From: an uncultured Bacillota bacterium
Lineage (GTDB): Bacteria > Bacillota_I > Bacilli_A > RF39 > UBA660
Length of the DNA: 64,000 nt
Reading direction: 5' to 3'
Assembly: GCA_947165005.1 (NCBI GenBank)
Contig: CAMUYN010000001.1
Span: forward strand, 1,963-65,962
Made by a program: the position numbers and the translations under genes. Below are positions 31,001 to 36,307 of the stretch, piece after piece. Within the stretch, counting starts at the first letter, position 1. Each line of letters begins with the position of its first letter. Below the pieces are notes generated by a model. The model was not told the DNA's origin and made no database searches. It saw only the letters and a list, made by a program, of their open reading frames with translations.

Positions 31001-32040
31001 TTTAATGTTATTTCTTCGGAGCCTTGAGTGTGAGTACTGCTTGTGAAAGTCATAGTATCTGGATTAAAGATATTGCTTCCTCTCCATCCAACAAAGTCAT
31101 AACCAGATTTTGTTGGGGTTGGTAATGTTCCATATGCATTATTGTATGTTACATCTTTTGTAGATATTGCTCCTGTACCTGTCCAGCCAGTAGTTGAAGG
31201 TATATTTCCTCCGTTTGCATCTGCTGTTACTGTTATTTGAGGAATAGTTACTGTTAATTCTTTTACTTTTCTTTCATTACTAACGTTATCAAAAGTATAT
31301 ACATGAGTAATATATACTCCGCCTTCATTATTATGATCAGAAATATTTACTCTATATGTCCATGTTCCATTTCCATTATCAGTTCCAGTATATGATGCAC
31401 TTGTTCTCCATGGTTGAAGTAAATCATCTTTTCCATTTAAACTTGTCCATGTTGGGAATTGAACTCTATTTACTCCACTAAAGTTTCCATCTGTTACTCC
31501 AGTTACTACAACATCATATCCAGTTGGAGATATATTTGTAACATATGCATCTGTTGCAGTTGGAGCATCTTTATCAAGATATGGATTTGATCCACCAACA
31601 GGTAATGTACATGTTCTTGAGTTTAAGTATGCATCTTGTAATGTTACTGTTACGCTTTCTCCATCACTCTTGATTGATGTTGTATAATCTTTTACGTCTT
31701 TAAAGTATCTTTTTGTATTTCCTGCTGCTGTTACAGTATCTACATTGATACATCCATAATCGCCTTCCATGTTATCTGTACATTCGATAAATAAAGTTTT
31801 ATCTGTATTTGTCCATGTTGTGTTTGTTCCTGGATTTATAAATTTATTTTGATTATATGCTTCTTGAGTAGTTAATGAAGAGTCTCTTAAATACCAACTT
31901 CCACAAGTTGGTGCAGTAGTGTCCTTTAATACGCTTCCTTCTCCAGTGATATTTAACTCACTATTAAAAGCCGCATATGCTACGGATATAAAAGTCAAAA
32001 GAAAAATTGTAACAAAACTTAAAGCATAATTCTTCTTCAT
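19063..32040 (-). CDS. Giant (4325 aa) secreted or surface mosaic repeat protein with Listeria-Bacteroides (Flg_new-type) repeats, BspA-type leucine-rich repeats, a GBS Bsp-like repeat and CBM-like modules
   Basis: It is a single uninterrupted ORF. The N-terminal signal/TM sequence is MKKNYALSFVTIFLLTFISVAYA. Other recognisable parts are VNRVQFPTWTSLNGKDDLL...YITHVYTFDN (Bsp-like), many GYTFxGWNT...LYAQW units, and dozens of 23-aa IPNSVTSIGxxAFxxCTGLTSIV units. There is no LPXTG and no C-terminal TM helix. Confidence 0.9.
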   Translation of the reverse strand: MKKNYALSFVTIFLLTFISVAYAAFNSELNITGEGSVLKDTTAPTCGSWYLRDSSLTTQEAYNQNKFINPGTNTTWTNTDKTLFIECTDNMEGDYGCINVDTVTAAGNTKRYFKDVKDYTTSIKSDGESVTVTLQDAYLNSRTCTLPVGGSNPYLDKDAPTATDAYVTNISPTGYDVVVTGVTDGNFSGVNRVQFPTWTSLNGKDDLLQPWRTSASYTGTDNGNGTWTYRVNISDHNNEGGVYITHVYTFDNVSNERKVKELTVTIPQITVTADANGGNIPSTTGWTGTGAISTKDVTYNNAYGTLPTPTKSGYDFVGWRGSNIFNPDTMTFTSSTHTQGSEEITLNAGVYDRILNKTKWVPKTDTTYTLVIDVLENTFDKELFLATDDRFYILNYGGSTRINLGSLGFTGKIVKTFKTRSDFSNVTLGSFWFQSNNGVTGTYRIKMSIFEGTTINDYEPYYITSSSNVVNPQNHTITAEWTPSTYQVIASSNGGTISSTTGWTGTGNTSTKNATYKSAYGTLPTVSRTGYTLKGWSVLPEGYTQVEYITFNESQYIDTGVPSKQTLKIESEFSTTVNKKLFFGARRISSADSLVFGYFTSNTAYVGFGTRSDAYTTTINAMDGNKHKVVLSNDIYQIDDVNQTISNRGTLANFYNIYIGTWNNAGTADSRMFNGKVYSFKIYDSEVLVRDYIPCIEESTGKVGLYDLVSGEFFGNSNSSGNDFTAGQEEYITSSSIVNLAHDHVIYAKWEANELTFADKEVSSTYNPSAAQTITNGVNAATNGSGTYTYAITGENTNNYFSLSGRNIVVAANTPANSTGYAVTITATDSVTGATKSATYTIKVNKLQCATPTAVAVSNTGVVTWTASSNCSSAQHQVKVANGSYANATSGVNKNTDIVAATGSRAVSVIAKAPNSNYSDSSAGTKSVTVYSVTLTKGTGISDVTNNGTSTTSAVNYINGRSVTIDATLVPGYSFSNWTGTSILPDKSSVITVNENKTYTANATANTYLITYDYRNTVQIAFASGETADTGYIIDWDNDFTINGVFKYGTNAKRYLVIGSYTDPDKALNIELTTANKFRILLGNGEYDQVSSTTVGRNADITYSFSWVASTHTYTFTATGTNTNISMTDTYNIIGQGTKTLKIGTRDNRTDTSPFTTATNHKTLTITRPYVYGNTLDIPDPVTKPGYNFTGWYDAATGGNAISSSTPVPASDKTYYAHWTANTFQVKFNANGGSGTMSNQSFTYDVAQALTQNAFTRTGYTFIGWSRLANGATTSIYYDKQSVSNLTKTNNGTYNLYALWQKNTYDVVFDGNGSTSGSMSDQSLTYGTAGTLTANAYNRTGYTYSNWNTNSLGTGVDYNNQDSMNINPNMLVGTSAPAVPSNTTSYAYSGRWAKSSTSLSPTQIDVTDAPSSLITKGFNIPSNTLSSNFYVYFNYLLVEPNQSYTVSVYAKGSGSIILRAGNSTPYREQSFTLTDTWQRYEMKVIPVTTNTAGTYNARTSGRYLNRIGVGTASGNGAVQIAGLKFEKAETATEYVDSTNKLNLHAEWITKTYTLTLDKNDGTSDGTTSITATYDSSVISPSSITLASKSYTISGFTLLSSAANAVVSSTSTLTSTATLNGYYTAASGGNLILQGNTTATYNSTSVTNYLSSGTWTRDVDTTLYAQFGAMPSKVLPTITKAGYTCGWTTNSSGTTIEYQSGGNLIPSGNTTLYGVCTLATYTVTANSSGTPIPATSGWTGTGNTATKSVTYDSAYGTLPALPTMTGYDVGWSLLPAGYTQLEYITFNGGYIDTGVLTKQSLKIETEFSATTGLAYFGARKNVNEDGLIFGEATTTAVSVAFGAETTQYATTMNLRDGNKHKLVLSNDIYQIDGVDQTISNRGPLTNFYNIYIGTWNNAGTADSSRFKGNVYSFKIYDSEVLVRDYIPCINESTGKAGLYDLVTNTFYSDATVYSFNKGPVDFITSSTIVKTPRNHDIYERAIPRSYRITLNKNDGTGMGGSGVTATYDSSVISPSYITLASKSYYISGFTLLSSATGAAVSSTSTLTSTASLNGYYTAPSGGSLILQANTTATYNNATVSGYLSNGKWARDADTTLYAQFGAMPSKVLPTITKTGYNCGWTTDSEGTTIEYQSGGNLIPSGNTRLYGVCTLATYTLTADATGGSIPSTTGWTGTGNTSTKNVTYGSAYGTLPTPTRPGYNFKGWTLDQETLPTLPSGYTQVEYIESNGTQYIDTGVAANTIYGLEYKYMPTGSSDGYQSYLSGTSDNFTLGRYVYANKAYLRYRTVEKSASLDVYTNSINTLTITSSEIRHNNETFPLTETNPIATTANNLYISNGTSSNKLSSQRIYLLKIYDQSQQLVRFLIPCIEESTGKVGLYDTVNEVFYGNAANSGEDFVSGSPIYKINGYTQIEYIESNGTQYINTGVAANTIYGLEYKYTPTGTTNDYQSYLSGTGDNFTLGRYYYLNRAYLRYRTVEKSSALTVLTSGINTLTITNDEIKHNSDTFALTETNPIATTSNNLYVSNNSSLNRYASQKIYSLKIYNQSQQLIRNYIPCINNSTGKAGLYDLVNGIFYGNANTSGNDFIAGYSKYITSSTIVTTASNHTIYANWAPISYTLNYNANGGTGTMAAEVKVYDSSFELTANAFTNDGYTFTGWNTAADGSGTSYDDTQNVVNLTTSTSVTLYAQWQVPGLYDSNNNLIKTWAELEALGLTKNTIEYNYTSSTYKTRAGSPYKVLNDNNLSGKLVLPSSITKIGNYAFYSNPRLTGIIIPSSVTTIGNYTFRNSTNLTSVSIGSGVTSIGTYAFYGCTGLTSITIPSSVTTIGNYAFQNTGLTEIIIPNSVTSIGTSAFAGCTDLTSVSIGSGVTSIGTSAFENCANLSTITVDSNNSTYDSRNNSNAIIKTSTNELIVGSKNTVIPNSVTSIGNNAFYGCTGLTSIVIPNSVTSIASTAFAYCENLVSIVIGSGVTSIGNQAFRNCANLSTITVDSNNSTYDSRNNSNAIIKTSTNELIVGSKNTVIPNSVTSIGSSAFYNCTGLTSIVIPNSVTSIGSSAFYGCTGLTSIVIPNSVTSIGGSAFAYCENLVSIVMGSGVTSIGNQAFYACAGLTSIVIPNSVTSIGNSAFRICVSLTSITIPASVKSIGTYAFSDCTSLASATFEGPNGWFTATSASATSGTDVTLTNTSQNATYLKSTYSSVYWIKPLYTVQFNANGGSGTMNNQYIGIYEETTLNVNSFTKSGYVFDCWNTAADGSGTSYEDQANVVSLANDNGVVQLYAQWALGAGLYDANGNIIKTWAELEALGLTVSSIENDYTSSNYSTTAGSPYKVLNDNNLSGKLVLPSSVTKIGDYAFYQNTKVTAIVIPRSTYYIGINAFSSCTNLAQAEFINSNNWYASSTSDGTSGTDLTLTSTSQNATYLKTTYSDKYWKRRRTYKIVYNANGGTGTMADQDVEVSSGVQLRDLNYTRNGYVFTGWNTKLNGTGTSYSNKAVITPTLSENEKLNLYAQWDYEPGLFDSNGELIKTWSELEALGLTKATVETDYTSSSYRTTAGSPYKVLNDNNLSGKLVLPSSITKIGNYAFYSNSRLTGIIIPSSVETLGTYCFYASRITSVTLSDGLKTIRQNAFYSISGLITITIPGSVTLIESRGLANYAFTTVNFKNTEGWYRSSSSSFTSETSVSFSDPAQAASELKNNYYYRTTAYKISFNANGGNGTMNSQYAAAGQTVSLSTNTFTKDNYSFIGWNTASDGSGTSYQNGASVSNLASSNQTVVLYAQWERIAGLFDSNGNIIKTWAQLEALGLTKSKIEQDYTSSNYSTTTGSPYKVFSDNNLTGKLMLPDGINKIGNYAFKNCPGLTSITIPEGINNIGAYAFDGCTSLTSADFISTSDWHASSTSDGTSGTSLTLTNTSQNATYLKTTYSDKYWKKYGYTISFNANGGSGTMDNQFVSLSEQTTLNKNTYTYILYRFAGWNTSPNGSGDAYLDEAQIYQLGTVDDNVILYAQWEYAFPPGLYDSNDNMIKTWAELEALGLTASTVEYDYTKSNSSTTAGSPYKVFYDNDLSGKLVLPSSVTKIGNCAFYENTGLTGIIIPNGVTSIGSNAFGDCENLVSIVMGSGVTSIGTDAFYGCENLSTITVDPNNSTYDSRNNSNAIINTSTNELILGSMNTIIPNTVTKIGDDAFAKRALTSIIIPNSVTTIGRYSFSACNSLTSIVIPDSVTSIGDDAFDSCANLTTVTIGSGVTSIGNAAFVGCSNLTSVTIGSGVTSIGRGAFLACSKLTSATFNDPNGWFVSTLPDATSGTDLTLTNTSDNATYLKTTYRQYYWKKSTN
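22685..22960 (-). repeat. 69-nt (23-codon) tandem LRR repeat array; two adjacent units differ by 2 nt
   Basis: Unit starts are at 22685, 22754, 22823 and 22892, with the next at 22961. By my reading, units 22823-22891 and 22892-22960 are identical except CC/TT. Confidence 0.85.
22961..23419 (-). repeat. 306-nt-period tandem duplication with about 153-nt near-identical cores
   Basis: 22961-23113 and 23267-23419 differ at 2 positions by my reading. Both encode NLSTITVDSNNSTYDSRNNSNAIIKTSTNELIVGSKNTVIPNSVTSIG. A diverged third copy lies at about 19540-19680. Confidence 0.85.
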
Positions 32041-32063
32041 ATACTACTCTACCTTATTAATTT

Positions 32064-32093
32064 ATTATACCACTTTTGTCAATAATTAATCAA
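32064..32093 (-). promoter_or_regulatory. Putative sigma-A promoter of the giant gene (TTGATT-18 nt-TATAAT, with the last 3 spacer nt TGG giving an extended -10)
   Basis: On the minus strand, TTGATT is at 32093..32088 and TGGTATAAT at 32072..32064, about 24 nt upstream of the ATG. Confidence 0.5.
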
Positions 32094-32100
32094 GTCTTAA

Positions 32101-32127
32101 TATATATATATTTATATATATATATAT
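32101..32127. repeat. (TA)5 and (TA)7 dinucleotide tracts
   Basis: tatatatata is at 32101-32110 and tatatatatatata at 32113-32126. They sit directly upstream of the putative -35 of the giant gene. Confidence 0.9.
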
Positions 32128-32140
32128 TGATATATTTTTT

Positions 32141-32173
32141 TATAAAAAAAAGATTGATTATTTTTCAATCTTT
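32141..32173 (-). terminator. Intrinsic terminator of the noc/parB-like gene
   Basis: AAAGATTGA-N7-TCAATCTTT followed by a T-run on the minus strand. The stop codon lies in the loop. Confidence 0.75.
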
Positions 32174-33090
32174 ATTATGAACTCAAATAGCTTATCAAAT
32201 TCATAAGAATCATAGGTAGAAACATATCCTTCTTCCTTTAATTCTTCAACGAATTTCTTTATTTTTTCTTGTAAAACATCTTTTTTGTCATTGTCTGTTT
32301 CTTCATCAAGTAATAATGTTTCTTCCATTTCAATAGAAGGATTTGTTTTATCCTCAATTTCTGGATATACCTTATCTTCTATTTCAGGTATATCTTTAAA
32401 TAGATTATCAAAATCTATAGTATCACTTTTACTTGATGGACCAAGCGTTTTCCCAACACTTCTAATTGGTTCTAATTCATCAGTTTCTTTAAGGCTATCT
32501 ATTAATCTATCAGTATCTCTGACATTTAGTCTTTCTTTTATAATTGTTCTTAATAATTCTACTTGTTCTTCTTTGTCTTCTATTCTTAATAGACTTCTTG
32601 CATGTCTTTCACTAATCTCATTATTTAATAAGGCGTCTTGTACTTCATCAGATAAATTTAATAGTCTTAATTTATTAGAAATTGCTCCTTGAGTTTTGCC
32701 CATTCTAACAGCTAACTCTTCTTGAGTTAGATAACCTCTATCTAATAATTTTTTATATGATTTAGCTTCTTCTAAAGCAGATAAATCTTTTCTTTGAATA
32801 TTTTCTACAATAGCTACTTCTGCTGATTCATTATCATTTAAATCTATTACTACTGCTGGTACTTTAGTTAAACCTGCGATAAAAGACGCTTTAAATCTTC
32901 TTTCACCGGCAATTATTTCGTATTTATTACCTACTTTTCTTAAGACTAATGGTTGAATAATACCATGTTGTCTAATAGATTTTGCTAGTTCATTTAATGC
33001 ATCTTCATCAAAAGATAATCTTGGTTGAAACCTATTAGGGATTATATCATCTAAAGATACTTCAATTATTTCTTTTTCCATATTATTCAT
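32158..33090 (-). CDS. noc: ParB/Spo0J/Noc-family protein with a Noc-like recognition helix
   Basis: It contains IIPNRFQPR, QHGIIQPLVLRK and YEIIAGERRFKA (CTP-binding GERRxR box). The HTH region GKTQGAISNKLRLL...ISERHARSLL and the C-terminal end EFDKLFEFIIKIEK resemble B. subtilis Noc more than Spo0J, by comparison from memory. Confidence 0.85.
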   Translation of the reverse strand: MNNMEKEIIEVSLDDIIPNRFQPRLSFDEDALNELAKSIRQHGIIQPLVLRKVGNKYEIIAGERRFKASFIAGLTKVPAVVIDLNDNESAEVAIVENIQRKDLSALEEAKSYKKLLDRGYLTQEELAVRMGKTQGAISNKLRLLNLSDEVQDALLNNEISERHARSLLRIEDKEEQVELLRTIIKERLNVRDTDRLIDSLKETDELEPIRSVGKTLGPSSKSDTIDFDNLFKDIPEIEDKVYPEIEDKTNPSIEMEETLLLDEETDNDKKDVLQEKIKKFVEELKEEGYVSTYDSYEFDKLFEFIIKIEK

Positions 33091-33135
33091 ATTATCAACT
33101 CACTTCTTATTCTTATACATATATAATAATATAAT

Positions 33136-33163
33136 AAAAAATCCATTTTTTCAATGGATTTTT
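33136..33163 (-). terminator. Intrinsic terminator after the 181-aa gene
   Basis: AAAAATCCATT-N6-AATGGATTTTT with a T-run on the minus strand. Confidence 0.7.
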
Positions 33164-33164
33164 A

Positions 33165-33710
33165 TTATTTTAATATTTTTTTCTTTTTTTCATCTTGTAT
33201 AGATGACTCATATTTTATTAATAGTTCTAAATAATTTCTTGCATTTAATAATCTTGCTTTTCTTTTAACATCACTAAATAAAATATTACCATCTTCATCT
33301 AATTCTTTTTTACAATAACCAACAGCTAATCTCTTATAATTAAAATCTTCTTCAGACATTTTTTTTGATTTTTCTTTTATTTCTAATTCTGATAAAAATG
33401 TATTTTCTGTTTCTTTTATAAACTTACTTGTTTTATCTGTTTCGTTTTGAAAATATATTGATATTTCATCAAAATCTTCATTTTTTAATGTCTTTAATTT
33501 TTCTTCTAATAATTCTCTTATTGCTATTTCTAACAACTCTGAATTGTAATCTTTTTTTAATTCACTGTTTATTTTTATTTTCTTTAATCCTTCAAATAAT
33601 TCTAGGTATGAAAGATTACTAATTTGATCCTTTAAGGCATTCTTATAATCCTCCATTTTTATTATCATTTCTTTATTTGAATTCATTATTTGTTCTAATT
33701 TATTTTTCAT
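33165..33710 (-). CDS. Hypothetical K/E-rich, predicted helical protein (181 aa)
   Basis: The ORF sits between rsmG and the ParB-family gene, in the position normally taken by noc/soj. No Walker A motif and no family recognised. Confidence 0.55.
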   Translation of the reverse strand: MKNKLEQIMNSNKEMIIKMEDYKNALKDQISNLSYLELFEGLKKIKINSELKKDYNSELLEIAIRELLEEKLKTLKNEDFDEISIYFQNETDKTSKFIKETENTFLSELEIKEKSKKMSEEDFNYKRLAVGYCKKELDEDGNILFSDVKRKARLLNARNYLELLIKYESSIQDEKKKKILK

Positions 33711-33719
33711 AATTTCCCC

Positions 33720-34427
33720 CTATAATGGTCTATTTTTTATTTCATTATAATTTCTTGGATACTTAGTTTTAGTATCACTTATTTTCTTTATAATTACTAA
33801 ATTTCTAATACTATTTTCTATTGGTAAATTAAATGAAACTATATCTTCTAATTTTGAATTTAATTCGTTTATTGAATTAGAAGCTTCTTCTAATTCACCT
33901 TCAATGGATCCCTTCATCGGAATAAAATATCCATTTATTTTAACTAAAGGAATACACATTTCATTTAATATATTTAATCTTGCCATAGCTCTACTTGTAA
34001 CAATGTCGTATTTATTTCTATTATTTCTAGCAAATATTTCTGCACGTTCTTTGCAAATAAATAGGTCTTTTAAATTTAGTTTTTCCTTTACTAAATAAAG
34101 AAATCTAACTCTTTTTTGCAATGTTTCTACTAAAGTTATTTTAAGCTGTGGAAAACATATTTTAAGAACAATTCCTGGAAAACCAGCTCCTGTTCCTATA
34201 TCACATAAAGTTAGTCCTTGAGTAAGGTCAATTGCCTTAATTAGAGTTAAACTATCATAGAAATGTTTAAGATAAACATCCTCTTTTTCAGTAATTCTAG
34301 TTAAGTTAACTTTTTCGTTATAATCAATTAATAACTCATAGAACTCTTCTAGCTGTTCTAACTGCTTTTCACTAAGATGAATATTTAATTTTTCTACTTC
34401 TTTTATAAAATTATTTAGATTCATCAA
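33720..34427 (-). CDS. rsmG: 16S rRNA (guanine527-N7)-methyltransferase RsmG
   Basis: It contains NLTRITEKEDVYLKHFYDS, DIGTGAGFPGIVLKI and VTSRAMARL. It overlaps the mnmG stop. Confidence 0.92.
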   Translation of the reverse strand: MMNLNNFIKEVEKLNIHLSEKQLEQLEEFYELLIDYNEKVNLTRITEKEDVYLKHFYDSLTLIKAIDLTQGLTLCDIGTGAGFPGIVLKICFPQLKITLVETLQKRVRFLYLVKEKLNLKDLFICKERAEIFARNNRNKYDIVTSRAMARLNILNEMCIPLVKINGYFIPMKGSIEGELEEASNSINELNSKLEDIVSFNLPIENSIRNLVIIKKISDTKTKYPRNYNEIKNRPL

Positions 34428-36234
34428 AATACCTCTTCATATATACTGATAAAATAGCTATATCACTAGGATTTACTCCACTAATTCTTGAAGCTTGTGA
34501 GAATGATAATGGTCTAACTTCTTTTAATTTTACTCTTGCTTCTGATGCTAAGTTAGGAACTTTATCATAATCAATATCAACTGGAATTTTTTTGTTTTCA
34601 AGTTTTCTCATTTTTTCTGCTTCTTTTCTAGCTTTCTTTATATATCCTTCATATTTAATTTGTATTTCTGCTTGTTCTAATTCTAATTCATCATATTTTT
34701 TACTTAATTTATCACTTATATCATTGATAGAATTCTCTGTTCTCTTAATAAAATCTATACCATTCATTTTTCTATCAGATTTAATATTTATATTCTTTAA
34801 TTCATTTATTATATTATTAATATTTTTTTCTTTTTTCATTAATTTATTATATTGTTTCTTGTTAATTAAGCCTACTTCATAACCATATTTTCTTAATCTT
34901 AAATCTGCATTATCACTTCTAAGTAATAATCTATATTCTGCACGAGATGTAAGTAATCTATATGGATCTCTAACACCTTTAGTAACTAGATCATCAATTA
35001 AAACTCCAATATATGCTTCATCTCTTTTTAATATTAATGGTTCTTTTCCTTGTAATTTTAATCCTGCATTAATACCTGCCATTAATCCTTGACATGCTGC
35101 TTCTTCATAACCACTTGTACCGTTTATTTGTCCTGCAGTATAAAGTCCAGATATAATTTTTGTTTCAAGTGATGGATATAAATCCATTGAATCAATAGCA
35201 TCATACTCTATTGCATAACCATATCTAAGTATTTTAGCATTTTCAAGTCCTGGTAATGAATGGACCATTTCATCTTGTACTTCTGGTGGCATACTTGTTG
35301 AGAATCCTTGAAGATATATGTCATCAAAGTATCTACTTTCTGGTTCTAGGAATAATTGATGTCTTTCTTTATCAGCAAATCTAACTACTTTATCCTCAAT
35401 TGATGGACAGTATCTAGGTCCTACTCCTAATTTTTCTTTTATTCCACCATACATACTAGATTTATTAAGATTTTTTCTTATTATTTCATGAGTCTTAGGA
35501 GTAGTATAAGTTAAATAACAAGGTTCTTGTTCTTCTACTTTATAATATGGTTTATCATCAAACGAGAATGTATATAATTTATCATCCCCTGGTTCCATCT
35601 TACACTTAGTAAAATCAATAGAACTTCTTTCAATTCTTTGTGGTGTTCCAGTCTTTAATCTTAGTATTTTAAAACCTAATTTTTCTAGATTATCACTTAA
35701 ATGAAGTGAGGCCCTGGTATTAGAAGGACCTGATCTAGTTCTAGTATCACCTACTAAGATATCAGCCTTCATATATGTACCAGTTGTTAATATAACTGCT
35801 TTAGATTCTATTTTTTCTCCATTAGATAGAATTACGCCTTTTACTGCACTATCTTCAATTATAAGGTCTTCTACCATTTCTTCAAGTAGAGTAACATTCT
35901 TTTCTTCTTTTAGAATTCTTTGCATTTCTTTAGGATAAGCAACTTTATCTCCTTGAGACCTAAGTGATCTAACTGCTGGTCCTTTAGCAAAGTTAAGCAT
36001 TTTCATTTGAAGTAAAGTTCTATCTGCGACTTTACCCATCATACCACCTAAAGCATCAATTTCTCTAACAACAATACCTTTAGCAGATCCACCAATATGT
36101 GGATTACATGGCATCATTGCTATCTTATCAATAGACCCTGTAACTAAAATTGTTTTGAATCCCATTTTAGCAGCACTTAGTGTAGCTTCAACTCCAGCAT
36201 GTCCACCACCAACAACGATAACGTCACATTTCAT
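34411..36234 (-). CDS. mnmG: tRNA uridine 5-carboxymethylaminomethyl modification enzyme MnmG
   Basis: It starts MKCDVIVVGGGHAGVEA (FAD motif). GAGGTG-AAGTTC-ATG at 36234 is the probable start. Confidence 0.95.
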   Translation of the reverse strand: MKCDVIVVGGGHAGVEATLSAAKMGFKTILVTGSIDKIAMMPCNPHIGGSAKGIVVREIDALGGMMGKVADRTLLQMKMLNFAKGPAVRSLRSQGDKVAYPKEMQRILKEEKNVTLLEEMVEDLIIEDSAVKGVILSNGEKIESKAVILTTGTYMKADILVGDTRTRSGPSNTRASLHLSDNLEKLGFKILRLKTGTPQRIERSSIDFTKCKMEPGDDKLYTFSFDDKPYYKVEEQEPCYLTYTTPKTHEIIRKNLNKSSMYGGIKEKLGVGPRYCPSIEDKVVRFADKERHQLFLEPESRYFDDIYLQGFSTSMPPEVQDEMVHSLPGLENAKILRYGYAIEYDAIDSMDLYPSLETKIISGLYTAGQINGTSGYEEAACQGLMAGINAGLKLQGKEPLILKRDEAYIGVLIDDLVTKGVRDPYRLLTSRAEYRLLLRSDNADLRLRKYGYEVGLINKKQYNKLMKKEKNINNIINELKNINIKSDRKMNGIDFIKRTENSINDISDKLSKKYDELELEQAEIQIKYEGYIKKARKEAEKMRKLENKKIPVDIDYDKVPNLASEARVKLKEVRPLSFSQASRISGVNPSDIAILSVYMKRYFDESK

Positions 36235-36307
36235 GAACTTCACCTCTTTTCTTTAAAAGCATATGTATTATACTACAAAATATAAAAAAGTAAAAATATT
36301 TATATTT

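Noticed and set aside
31969-32040. Idea that the giant protein N-terminus (…ISVAYAAFNSELN) is a SipW/TasA-type signal peptide
   Set aside because: The resemblance (AxAAF followed by a polar residue) is too short to support from sequence alone, and no sipW-like peptidase gene is in the window. I left it as a generic signal/TM call.
32064-32086. TTGACA located only 7 nt upstream of TATAAT in front of the giant gene
   Set aside because: The spacing is incompatible with a -35/-10 pair. The TGGTATAAT extended -10 with the TTGATT hexamer 18 nt upstream is the more plausible promoter.
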